A DNA stretch of 63,775 bases, the filler included, from Phoronis australis (lineage: Eukaryota; Animalia; Phoronida), in NCBI GenBank assembly GCA_002633005.1. It is 5 parts of 5 records of this genome, joined end to end, with 100 filler letters (N's around TTAATTAATTAA, not from the genome) between each part and the next. Parts side by side here need not be neighbours in the genome. Positions count along the whole stretch, not along the records: positions 35,564 to 55,505 come from NMRA01000266.1; positions 55,606 to 61,422 come from NMRA01002268.1; positions 61,523 to 63,775 come from NMRA01003766.1; 2 more parts are not named here. The stretch is one strand, 5' to 3'. The notes under the pieces were generated by a model. That model was not told where the DNA came from. It made no database searches and was given only the letters and a program-made list of their open reading frames with translations. Within the stretch, counting starts at the first letter, position 1. Each line of letters starts with the position of its first letter. A program made the translations under genes and the position numbers. This document shows positions 53,501 to 63,775 of this stretch, piece by piece.

Positions 53501-54973
53501 CTTCTGTGCGGTCTCTTGTCCGTTGATGTCCCTCATCTGTATGAGTTGAGCCGACCGCGCTGACGAGGCTGTCTGAGGCTGGAAGATTCCATCAGTTAGG
53601 TAGGGGTGGTTGTTCAACACAGGGTCAGGGCAAAGCTAAGCAGTATTGACAGGTGAGGGTATACATGAGCCTGAAAAACTCCTGCAAAAACCTGCCGCGT
53701 CATTGGTTGATCTAGAGCGAACCGAGTTAAATAATTTTCATTCTGACAAATACAAATTTTGAGTTCATTATGTTCTTATGCAGATACTTTTTGCTAAAAA
53801 ACCAGATATTAAATAATTATTCTTTTATGTGCTTAGAAGACTGTGGTCTATATCATGAATGGGATATTAGCAATGTAAGGGGGCATTCACTTCAATAATC
53901 TACAAATTACTTCTATGCTATTCTCTGCTCTATGAGTCACCTTTATGGAATAACTCAAACATAAAATATATGTACAACAGTAAGGAGCACTAATGAAGCA
54001 TCAAATGCATAATATAGCATGCAGTCGTGAGAGACATCTGTTGTTCCCAAACTGAACTAACCATTCTGGGTTCTCCTCATATGCCAAGTAATGTTCGAGC
54101 ACACGAGAAATTTTAGAGAAGACACAAGGTAAAAAATCTTAATTAATTTTCATCACATCAACCAATTTGTTTAAGAAAAAGGAAATACAAGACAAAACTA
54201 AATCTTTGTTTTAGTACCTCTATCAAAATTAACAAATCACCGTCAGAAAGGCTGCCTCAAGTCGCAAAATGGGATAGCAAGATTAAGGAATAGGTTGAAA
54301 TGACTGAAGCTCTCAGGGAAGTCTTTAGAATTCTTCACTCAAACATGCACAGAGTGCAAAAAGCAACTGCACATGACTAGAAAGCACATGGTGTGATTTC
54401 CAAAGCACATGGCGTGGTTCCCAAGGTATTACATTACACGGACACCATCTAGAGACTGAGACAGCAACATGCAACTACAGCTGCATCAGCATAATCTATC
54501 TCCAACAGCACTAAATTGTTCCACATCAATTATGAACAGTGGCGGCATTAAATAAACTCAAGACATAAACAGACAAAAAGACCGATAAGCTCTACCGTGT
54601 CTAAAGATACCGAGAGCACAGCGAGTGATGTTGTAACATCTATGAACAACAGCAAAGAATCCACAGCCGGGCATGCACGACAACGCCGTCATAACAGCCA
54701 GCTGACCTGTGGCTCAGGGTCATGCTCTTGGCTGGAACTAGTCTGGCCTGCCACCTGTTGGTGATGACTGGTATCAGTCTGCGCTTGTTGATGTACACCA
54801 GATGTGTGGACTTGTGGTTGCTGTTGCTGTTTTAGTCCATGTTGTTGCTGCTGCATGTGCTGCTGTTGCCGCTGCATGTGCTGCTGTTGTTGCTGTGGCT
54901 GCTGCTGTTGTTGCTGCGGCTGCTGCTGTTGCTGCTGCTGAAACTGCTGTTGGTAATGATGTTGTTGCCAATG
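41568..54973 (-). CDS. 5'-partial gene for a polyQ, acidic, three-CUE-like, S/T/P-rich, GP-repeat protein; exons 54973-54707, 53578-53432, 49519-49422, 48980-48828, 48049-47980, 46700-46598, 46028-45896, 44673-44530, 43165-43046, 42946-42931, 42550-42426, 41757-41568
   Basis: All twelve exons are AG/GT bounded and phases chain into one open frame ending in TAG; CUE-like motifs LKAKYPDASDNEIRQVL, LKKEFPSVDDDVIKDVL and LVGEFKTCSAAVVKMALESSMYDEGKAKAVL; C-terminal GPNPELVKG, GPNKELRVGP, GPEQGLAEGP repeats. Confidence 0.85.
43235..43826. mobile_element. Intronic hAT-like MITE with probable 6-bp TSD
   Basis: CAAGGCTGCTAAC vs reverse-complement CAGAGCTACTAAT; flanks TAGATC and TGGATC; subterminal tccgtac motifs. 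Confidence 0.5.
44120..44295. repeat. Low-complexity minisatellite (ggat(t/c)ccc units)
   Basis: Repeated ctggatcc / caggattccc motifs. Confidence 0.65.
45410..45830 (-). mobile_element. 3' end of a LINE (CR1/L2/Jockey-group-like)
   Basis: QAWCELPNDVKDILTLSSLNIKL resembles the WNxLP...SL..FK.KL end of ORF2, followed by a T-rich UTR. Confidence 0.55.
46818..46932. repeat. ~16-bp minisatellite (cagcctaccggacaca-like)
   Basis: About seven degenerate units. Confidence 0.7.
47140..47280. repeat. Tandem duplication (~73 bp) containing a perfect hairpin
   Basis: attttacactaacatgaaatatt-ttaat-aatatttcatgttagtgtaaaat; unit repeated immediately. Confidence 0.85.
50315..50658. mobile_element. Old palindromic MITE, Kolobok-like right end (CCT-TTAA)
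   Basis: Degenerate inverted repeats at ~50335-50410 and ~50555-50635; ends gtagcacctttaa. Confidence 0.45.
50752..50913. repeat. ~82-bp tandem duplication
   Basis: agtatgcagtaaaactggccagc.atgtctgacccagga.cattgtgggta...tagcata twice. Confidence 0.9.
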
Positions 54974-55505
54974 CTATGCAGGAAATAACAGACCAAAATA
55001 GAAACTGTCTACAAACACTAAGTGAAACAATGCTAGATGTCGTGATGTATTAAACAGATGAGCTAATTCATGGGTGCCCCCTATAGACATTATCTGTGTC
55101 TTAGACAGAAACAAATTTAGCAATGTCTGCCATTTGCAAAAGAAACGTCATCAAAGAAATTATGCATACACAAAACTGGCGCCGATATGAGTGCTACAAC
55201 TGAAATGGAGTAAGAACAGACTGAATAACTACATCGGTGAAAAATTCCAACGATTCCAAAGTGAAACACAAAAATGTCAAAGCTACAGAAGACTTCAAGA
55301 AAGACTTGGAAGTAAAACACTAAATTGTCATGTCTGAAAGAAATGACAGGGAAATGAATGAGCAAAGTGAATTATTTTTATTGATGTTAGTAAAGAAACG
55401 TAACTGCTCATTCTCAACACAACACAAAATCTTGAAACACAAACACAGCCTGCCTGTTGTTCATCCCGCCATTGCAACTCTTCATTTTTCTTTAAGTTCT
55501 CCAAC

Positions 55506-55605
55506 NNNNNNNNNNNNNNNNNNNNNNNNNNNNNNNNNNNNNNNNNNNNTTAATTAATTAANNNNNNNNNNNNNNNNNNNNNNNNNNNNNNNNNNNNNNN
55601 NNNNN
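55506..55605. other. Artificial contig spacer
   Basis: 44N-TTAATTAATTAA-44N. Confidence 0.95.
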
Positions 55606-56431
55606 AAATTTTATAAATACCGAACAAACTGCTTTCATTCTAGGGCGAGTGATGCCAGGCCATCATCCCCGTTTCAGATCGAGTGCTACGACAAGTAGGC
55701 TTATGTGTTTAGACGGTGCTCATTCCAACAGGGCAATAGTGAATACGTGTGACCCAGATTGACTGTAATCTTTGTCAGTAATTATTAAAGTCCTTATCTT
55801 AAAATGCCAATGTGGCTCCAGTATCCGAAAATACTTAATGAATAAAATCTTATTTTCGATACCCTTTCGTTATATTCTTTTCGCCTTTCGTGCCACAAGC
55901 GTTTTTTACCTGTATTTGACCCTTCTCTGTGGGCAGATAATTATCGGCTGTCATCGGTTCGGAACGCCGCCATTTTTTCCTTGTAACTATATCTGCTATC
56001 GCTTGATCGAAAAATCTTCATTATTTTGTTTTATTAGTAACATCTCGTGATTCGTTTGTACATATTGTGCATACATAGTTCGTAATTAGTGGTCGATTGC
56101 CACCCCCACTCAATTTACAATTATCGATGTGGTTCAGTTGTAAGGTCACTTCCTGCCACTCACTGCTTAATAAATAAAAAAATGATAACATTTTGTATTG
56201 GACTTGTCATACTTATGTGGTCGAACGAGCCCCCTATTTGGAGAGATGGAAAAAGGTCTGCCTCAGTCAGAGAAGCAAGAACTCCGAAAAAAGTACAAAA
56301 CGAGACAGAAGACCACTAGAAGGATTAGTCTTCCTGGTACGATTTTACGTTTCGTTGGTTTAATTCAGGTGTAGCAGTGCTACAACTCAGGGCTTCTTCT
56401 CTTGTTGTAAATTGACCTATCGCAAGCTCCG

Positions 56432-57211
56432 GCAAAAGGTACCCGCTCATCCAAAACCTTTACGGCAAACAGGTAGCGCTTCTCACCAATCACGTGTCAT
56501 TTTATCGCTCAAATAAGACTGTCTGCCAGAGAATCTTAACCAAGTACCTTGACCTACATTCTGCTGCTGCTGTAACCACAGGTCACGAGAGTTCATGAAC
56601 CAGACAGTGTATGTCCAGATGAGTGGCGAATTTGTGTGGAAAAGAAATCTTTGTGTCCGACATTCCATGTTTAAAACCCCATTTGTATTAACTATTTATA
56701 ACATATAATTAAGATGAAAGTGTTAATAATATATACGCTGTTGTGGTTGCTCGGCCTAAACGCTGGGGTAAAATATATATTCAATAAACGTGACCATGGT
56801 GAGGCTACTAAACCGGGCCCGGCCAATTTTCCGCCCGGCGAGATTTTTGGCAACTCAACAACCATAATTTTAATTAGGTTGAAATATAACCACTACATTT
56901 TTTAAATTATGCTTGAATTCTACATAGTGATATACATGTTAGGTTTTAATTCTCTTGCGATATTTTCTTTTTCGTTCAGTGTCTCGTTAGCCAACAATAC
57001 TGAGCCCAGCAGACCGGACTGGCCGTGGTACGGCACGGCAGCTGATGGTTCACCAATTAGAAACGTCTGTATTTTATGTTCTATCAACACAAGATTCAGT
57101 TCACACAAGAATGTCACATAACTGTAAGCAGCGCTGTCTGTTAGTAAAGCATCATTGCATCCTGCGCCATCTGTTTGCCATAAAGGTTTTGGATGAGCGG
57201 GTACCTTTTGC
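56432..57211. mobile_element. 780-bp non-autonomous TIR element; TSD CAAGCTCCG (9 bp, Mutator-like) or 7 bp if the termini are GG...CC
   Basis: ~48-bp TIR GCAAAAGGTACCCGCTCATCCAAAACCTTTA.GGCAAACAG.T.GCGC; exact duplication at 56423-56431 and 57212-57220. Confidence 0.85.
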
Positions 57212-57262
57212 CAAGCTCCGCCCCTATGCGAAAAGTCACGTGATACCCGACATTCGAACGAG

Positions 57263-57528
57263 ATGTCAGAGGCAAATTCACTGTCGCTAAACGACGTTCC
57301 TGGTGGAATCGATGAGTGTTTTTGCACTATTTGAAAACGCGTCGACAGAGACAAGAGGCGATGCTTTTCAACAGAGAATCGTACGTTCATGTTAAGGGAA
57401 TTTGTAAAGGTGACGATGAAAAAATGGCTCGAGGAGCCAGCGAAAATCCGAAGAAACCATCTGCCTCGGGGCCACCTTCACCTGACAAATGACAAGGCCA
57501 TTGATACGATATGTTCATGTAAAGCTGG
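57263..57528 (+). pseudogene. ISL2EU second-gene first exon with SWIM-like CSCKAG motif
   Basis: MSEANSLSLNDVPGG..., ESYVHV, ...HLHLTNDKAIDTICSCKAG|gtatgt; broken frame. Confidence 0.55.
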
Positions 57529-57903
57529 GTATGTACCTTAAAGTCGAATTATCTGTACGATTCCATAGATTTCATGATCTTTCGAATAAAATCAGTGAAA
57601 ATTCAACGATATTTTTATTCTGTCGTCTGCTAAATTTCGCTAAATAAAAAGTAGGTCATAACTGGTGGGACTCCTGGAGTAAAGTAGGTCATAGATTACA
57701 GACAACACATGCACTATAGTCTCTGACTAGGTCGACTCGACAGCACTGTTTACGCTTTTCTAATATTGTAAAGAAATATTTTGATCAAAAAAAATTCAGG
57801 TTCATAGCTCATGTACACGTTCATCTCGTCCTAGGCAAACAGTTAGCTACGGCGGTGTTGGTCTAGGGCTGTGTCTAAGTCAGTCAAGTTTTTGTCTGGA
57901 ACT

Positions 57904-58221
57904 CAGTGGCGGACCTAGGATACCACAAGGGGAGTCCAACATGTTGCCTCGTGGAATTGGAAAAGTGCAATTGTATGTACACAGGCGGCCTGAAAGTTGC
58001 AGGGGCCTGGGATGCAGACCTTTGGACCTTCTGTTCAGAAAATCTATCGGTGGACTAAAAAAAACAGGAACACGATTCCACCGCGATCTGGGGTCTGAGC
58101 CCCCCTCTTCCGCCACCGGTCCTAGTTACTGAACTCAATATTTCCTCACGCTTCACGCTGTTGCTGTTTCATTTTGCTTGCGGGGGGGCTGGGCCCCTGC
58201 CCCCCCCTAAATCCGCCTATG
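57904..58221. mobile_element. hAT5-like element nested in the ISL2EU element
   Basis: CAGTGGCGGA...TCCGCCTATG; flanks GAACT and GAATT; ends shared with 59372-60382. Confidence 0.65.
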
Positions 58222-58879
58222 GAATTGTCCGTTTGCACCATTAAGACATTTAAATTAGGCCTACATTCTTACGAACTTGGCATTTTTTGTAGTTTCATTC
58301 CATAAAGGTAGCTTTCATTTAATTTTGAAGGTAGCATAATCCCTAAGTCGTGGTATGGTTACAAAAGATTACAAGTCTGGTGTCGTAGTTGCAAAAATAG
58401 GGTATTTACAAAAATAACTCAAATTCTTTTTTAAAGCTTCATAAATCGAAATACCATGTTTGAACAACTTCAAAATGAGCTCTGTCTAACTCTACAGACA
58501 TAGTGTATACTACGAGGTACACGTCAAAAAGTAATTCAACAGTTTATGATTAGTGACAACAGCTCGACGAAGGCTTTGAGTTATACCGGTAGTAATCCAG
58601 TGCCCCTCCCTGTGCAGATCGAATCTCTGAATTTTGACCGGGAGAGAAGTTCAGTTGAACGCCAGCCTACGGGTTTATGAATAACAAAAATGTACCTCTG
58701 TTAGGTTAAAATAAAAAATAAAAAAATAAAATAAAAATGTCCTTGAAAACAACAATTTCCGGGTACTATACCGCTAAGAGTGCTGAAATCCAGCAGGTGT
58801 CGAGACAAAGGCGGCCAGACGTAGGAAACTCGGGAGTCACAATCTGAGATAGCCCTTCACCATAGCCACCAAGCTGAAA

Positions 58880-59104
58880 AGTGCGTATCTTGGAACTAAT
58901 ATATTTGTGTTTATTATAGCCTTCGAGTTATCAAGCAACATCGCTACGTTCAGTTGCTCGTGTGGCCGTACAGTTTGATCCATAGTTTACGCTTTTCAAA
59001 ATCATTTTTCGGCTTAGGACATGCCAAAAAATGACGGGATATTATTCTGGAGCAGCATAACGGCTGTCGGTGCTACACACGCCATATCAACACCGTTTCC
59101 CCAT
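58880..59104 (-). pseudogene. THAP domain remnant of a transposase
   Basis: MGKRC*YGVCSTDSRY...PKPKNDFEKRKLWIKLYG..EQLNV...KHKYISSK across frameshifts. Confidence 0.7.
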
Positions 59105-59371
59105 TCTTAGCGGACAATTTCTTGAGCTATAGACTAAAGTAAGTTTTACTCGACTACGTGTGGTTTGTCGGCGGCTTGGAAACGCAGACGAAGGTGTGCC
59201 AAGAATGCTTTGTTCTTATTGGTCAATTAAGCCGTCCGTCATAATCCTGGCGATAGGTCAATTGTACTGGTCAGGATTTGCAAGCCTCGCGTGGCATGCA
59301 ATATGGCAATAGACGGAAGTCATCTGCTGGTCCTCAAAGTGCACCATCACGTGAACGGCCGCACGGAAATG

Positions 59372-60382
59372 CAGTGGCGGATCTAGGATATCACAAAGGG
59401 GGGGGCCCAACATTTTGTCCGGCTGTAAGAATTGCGTAAACTGAACCACGATTGTAGATGTGCATAGCACCGAATGGGGGGAGGTCGGGAGGGGAGTTTG
59501 CCCCCCTCCCGCCCAGGAAATTTTTCTGTTTTTACCTCTAAAAATCAAGCATTTTCCTTGATTCCTGAAGTATTATTCACGAAAAAAGGCAAAAAAAACC
59601 CCCGAGAATGTGTCAAACAGGAAAAACTTCAAGTATCAAAGACTCGAACTCACGACCTGGCTATTAGTGCGCGTGTGCGTTGCCACTACACCACCGCGAT
59701 TCAACTACTTACCTCATACTAAGAGACCTACTTGTTTATGGTCCACAGCGTCTTTTTGTAATGCTTACTATACGTTTTATATTTTGTGCCATTGATTCTT
59801 AACAAATTTGTCGTATTTAAGATAGTCTTCAAATGCCAAAAAGACCAAATCCGTTTTTCGTGTTGGCAATAATGACGGGATTGCTTTGGAAATCGTCTTA
59901 AGATAAGGTTTGGCAAAGAGAGTATTGCGAGTTTCTGAGTGATTCACTAAGGCTTCGATTAAAATTCACATCTTACCAGCAGCTTCTGTTTTTTCATCGT
60001 CACTCAGGTTCCATTTTCTTTAAAAAATGAAGTAAATTTTCTTCATTGCACAGTGGAGCAGACGACGGAAACGGAGTCGTAGTGCGCAGCGCCACTGCCG
60101 GTCGCCTGGGATATCGCGGGAGAGCCTATACTTAGCCATGATAGTTCCGTTACGAATGCGCCGTGTTCCGAATTTGACACTTGAAATTGGATTTGAGCAC
60201 CCCCCCTCCCCAACACTAAAACTGCACACATTTAAATCTTTTTTCATCCGTATAATTTTAATCACCGGGGTTAATTATTAAGCTCAACATTTCCCTGCGC
60301 TCTTACTGTTTTATTTTTCTTGCGGCAGTCAAGGGAGGGGGGGCCCGGGCCCCCTGGGCCCCCCCCCTAAAATCCGCCTATG
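59372..60382. mobile_element. hAT5-like element, TSD AAATG, enlarged by an internal insert
   Basis: CAGTGGCGGAT...ATCCGCCTATG; AAATG at 59367-59371 and 60383-60387. Confidence 0.7.
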
Positions 60383-61422
60383 AAATGTGTTGGTCAAGGG
60401 GAACCAAGGGTAAATGTTCTGTGCTGTTAAAGTTGATGAAGGTGTTCAAAATACCCAAGACTCGTTGAGGAATATTTGTATAACTGTCGAATGGGTAGAC
60501 ATCAAGACTTTCGCGAATAGAGCTAATGATGATCACTGTGACGTAGGGCCTTCGTCATTAAAGGCGTAATAAGTGAGCTGTTCACTGAAAGTAAATCATT
60601 AGATTGTTGTCGAAGACTTTGGGTACATATGTGAACAGTTTTTTCAGCTGAACAATTTCCAAATGGCTTTAATCTAGCACTTAAACTGTGTTGAAATATA
60701 CAAGCTCGCCAAATTATAAGTGGGTTGTTTGCATGATTAACATAGAAAATGTGAGAAACTTTAATTGATCCGGCATTCGATGTCCTGAAAAAGAACGCAG
60801 TCTTATACACTGCATGGATATTGCCTTTTAAACCAGAAAAAAACAACCCGTTGAAACTTCATTTATTATTGGAAACGTGCCCTCCCCAGTATGACTTCTC
60901 CGACGGAAAAACAAACAGCACTCAAAGTTTTTCAACTAAAAAAAATGAGACTCTTAAGTAGTTATAACAGTATAGTATCTCGTTGACGTTAGAACGAGAT
61001 TGAAAATTGTTACATTGAGATAATAGACGAGGTAATCAGCGATTTGGTAAATGGCCGACGCCAATGCTTCGCTGTAGAAAACTCTGTTACGAGTGAACGA
61101 ATTTCTGTGTTAACCAAACGGCCATTACTAACTCATACGCAAAGTCTAAAGGTCACCAAACAAGTACAGTAACGTTGTTGGATCGAGTACAAAGCCTAGC
61201 CTTTGAGTAAGAGAAGGCGACAGAAAGTTTAACAAAACTTTGGACCATTGATGGATGAGGCCCATGAGGGTAGTTGGTCCAGAACCCTGCATGTGACGGA
61301 GTTAGTGGTTTTCTCTGCGTATGTGGCACCAGCACTGTGCAGACCCAATAGCGGAGTTGCAACCGAATCGATTTAACGATTGCGCATGTCCGGAAATTAG
61401 GGTGCGCAAAGGCTACTGGGAT

Positions 61423-61522
61423 NNNNNNNNNNNNNNNNNNNNNNNNNNNNNNNNNNNNNNNNNNNNTTAATTAATTAANNNNNNNNNNNNNNNNNNNNNN
61501 NNNNNNNNNNNNNNNNNNNNNN
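61423..61522. other. Artificial contig spacer
   Basis: 44N-TTAATTAATTAA-44N. Confidence 0.95.
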
Positions 61523-62351
61523 TGTCTTTGGCTTTGGCAACACTACAGATGAACAGCTCAAATTATCAATTGACCACTTCTTTAAATGATATTGAGTGCG
61601 CTGTTGTTGCTTTAATTTCTGTCAACTACATTCCATCATGGGTTACAGACAACAGATTCGCAACTCCGATATTTTCTTCCATACTATCCTAGAGGCGGCG
61701 CCACTCTCCTAAATTATCTGGTTCATTTTCCAGTTAGTGTACTGAGACGGGAAATTCTCGCATCTATTTTACTGTCCAGTACAACGAAAACACAATAATA
61801 ATTTCGGCATTGAAACGTTGTTCACAATCTTAAAATAGTAGAACTGTTGGTATCTTGAGTACTTTTAGCAATGCTACTACCACCCGACCACACAACAGCC
61901 AACCAAGATTAGCAGACGATGTACTTGCCGGAAATAATACCACATAATTTGGCCAGGTGTCACTATTGAATAATGACCTAACGTTGTGCGGAAGAGCACA
62001 GATTTCGTCCATTGAAAGTATACAGAGTTGGCGGTCCAGGTACTATAGTCTATGATTACATGTATGAAAAAATTTCAACTTTTAAATTAAGAAACAAAGA
62101 AACCATGTTCAGCAACAAGATTAAAATCAAACAACAAAAATGAGCCTGGACTGGGAAATTCGTAACATTCAACTTTCACTCCGCAACTTTTTCAATTAGA
62201 TCAATTTCTTTTTATAACCACTTCCAAAATTTCATTTCTGAATTTTTGGTAGCAATGGCACATAACATGATTGTTGCAACTGCCCCCTTTATTATCGCCA
62301 TTCTCACCACAACTGCCACTACCACCACCATCAGTTACAACAAGCACTTAC

Positions 62352-63412
62352 TATGTCTTTATGGTGTCGATAATGTCTTTTATGTTGTAGTAGACAGCCA
62401 GGATGGATTTATACAGGTCAAACAATGGCTTGAATAGATATTCAAATGGTTCCAGCAAGTTACTTAAAGCTGAGATGAACTTCAAGCCAACCTCTTTTTG
62501 TTGTTGACCCTACCAGAATGAACAACACGTTATTATGGAGATGAAAAAATAAAGCAATTTCATCGACATTAAAGAGTTTGGACCATGAATCAAAAATGGT
62601 AAATTGTCAACAAAGTTAATTTAAAATTGATCATATCTGCCTATGCTTGAATTTAATAGAGAATTTTTCATAAAAATATCAAATTAATACTCAACCATTT
62701 TTTTCAATCTGCATTAATTATTGCCCAACTACATATGGGTAGTCTATAGCATACTGTAGTAATTTAACTGCATATCTACAGAATATCCACTTTGCTTTCA
62801 TATAAGTGAACAAAGTTTTGTTGTTCCAACTAGACTTTGATTTTTTTTCTTATGAATAGGTCAAACATAAAAAGAGTAACTGATAATTTTCAGACAAATA
62901 ACTTAATTGTTCTTACCATGCTCTTCAGTCCAGTAGCACCATATCCAACCTTGAGAGGTGTTGGTCGTGTGGCGTAGATTTTTAACATGTTTGAGACCTC
63001 CTTTGTGGCAAACACCATGTCTGTCTTGAGGGCACGAAGATCCTCACCAGGCGTCATCCAGTAGGGCAAGTTGCCTCCCTTGATGGGAAAGTTGATTTCC
63101 ACCCGTTTCTTGGCACCCATCAACATGAACATTGCCATGGCAACCCTGGGTTAGACAAATAACAACACTTACAGACAAGGCAGCCAAGCGATACCTTGTA
63201 CAAAATGGTCCAGTTGGTGCTTTGGAGGTTTCAATGACAACCCCACAAACAAGAAAATGTTAAACATACCTGATGAAAGCTTGTCCAAGTCCTTCCAGAG
63301 CACTAGATGGCGCTGAAATCAGTTCACCTAGGGATTGCACAATCTGTTTGCCAGTTTTCTCAAACTGCTCAATAGCGTAAGGGATTGTCACTTGAATGGC
63401 ATCAAGAATTGT
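62352..63412 (-). CDS. Three internal exons of an unidentified, largely helical protein; exons 63412-63270, 63145-62917, 62509-62352
   Basis: Canonical splice sites, phases 0-2, 2-0, 0-2 chain: TILDAIQVTIPYAIEQFEK...FIRVAMAMFML...GLKSMGQQQKEVGLKFISALSNLLEPFEYLFKPLFDLYKSILAVYYNIKDIIDTIKT. Confidence 0.8.
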
Positions 63413-63478
63413 CTGAAAACAGTTGAAAGTACTTTGTTTGGCTCAGATTTCTTAAAACATCATGAAGGTCAAAGAATC

Positions 63479-63594
63479 ATGCATAGTCCTGACAGTCAAA
63501 ACTTCCTGCAAGAAGCATGACTCAATGTTTGAGGTGATATGCATAGTCCTGACAGTCAAAACGCCCTGCAAGAAGCATGACCCAATGTTTGAGG
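63479..63594. repeat. 60-bp tandem duplication
   Basis: atgcatagtcctgacagtcaaaac..cctgcaagaagcatgac.caatgtttgagg twice. Confidence 0.9.
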
Positions 63595-63775
63595 CACACA
63601 ATTCAAGAACACAAAGTGATGATTTGGTAAGAGTCTGTGGCAGTTTACTATGAATCATGCAAGGAGATACTCGGTTGTTTTGTGATGATTGCAGATCGGA
63701 AAATTAAGATACCCATCCCACCCATGAAGAGAATGAATTCGAAAAAGGAACCTGTTTGAGGGGAGTCTCTATGAA

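Larger units (their letters stand above)
56413..59260. mobile_element. Second ISL2EU-type DNA transposon (different family), decayed and internally deleted
   Basis: 11-bp TIR TGACCTATCGC, AT on both flanks; SWIM-like exon on plus and THAP on minus, convergent. Confidence 0.75.

Noticed and set aside
54774-55053. Ala/Thr-rich and Ala/Val-rich ORFs
   Set aside because: Alternative frames of the CAG/CAA polyQ exon
61150-61380. LGLHSAGATYA resembling a tyrosine-recombinase box
   Set aside because: Catalytic Arg missing and no other recombinase motifs
40660-63594. Regularly spaced short repeats considered as CRISPR-like arrays
   Set aside because: Units are degenerate tandem copies without unique spacers; eukaryotic context, no cas genes

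Overview
Eukaryotic, intron-rich, AT-rich genomic DNA, probably from a marine invertebrate (inferred from the transposon families and the PAN, kringle and TSP1 exons). It is not one continuous locus: four artificial 100-bp spacers (44N-TTAATTAATTAA-44N) join five separate pieces. Main contents: (1) a decayed full-length BEL/Pao LTR retrotransposon (20234-26658; both LTRs, ATTTT target duplication) and an ISL2EU-type DNA transposon (16603-20087), both inserted into an older Gmr1-like Gypsy relic; (2) a second ISL2EU-type element (56413-59260) with a 780-bp TIR element inserted at its left end; (3) a 5'-incomplete, phase-consistent 12-exon minus-strand gene (54973->41568) encoding a polyQ / three CUE-like / GP-repeat protein; (4) secreted-protein exons: PAN-like (1014-1234), a TSP1-containing gene (10861-11681) and a kringle-CCP-lectin-like, probably decaying gene (31535->29556); (5) three exons of an unidentified helical protein at the right end; (6) Harbinger and LINE relics, an Academ-like TIR pair, many small 5-bp-TSD elements and minisatellites. 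No rRNA, bona fide tRNA, CRISPR or prokaryotic system is supported. All family calls come from motif recognition by eye; no database search was run.
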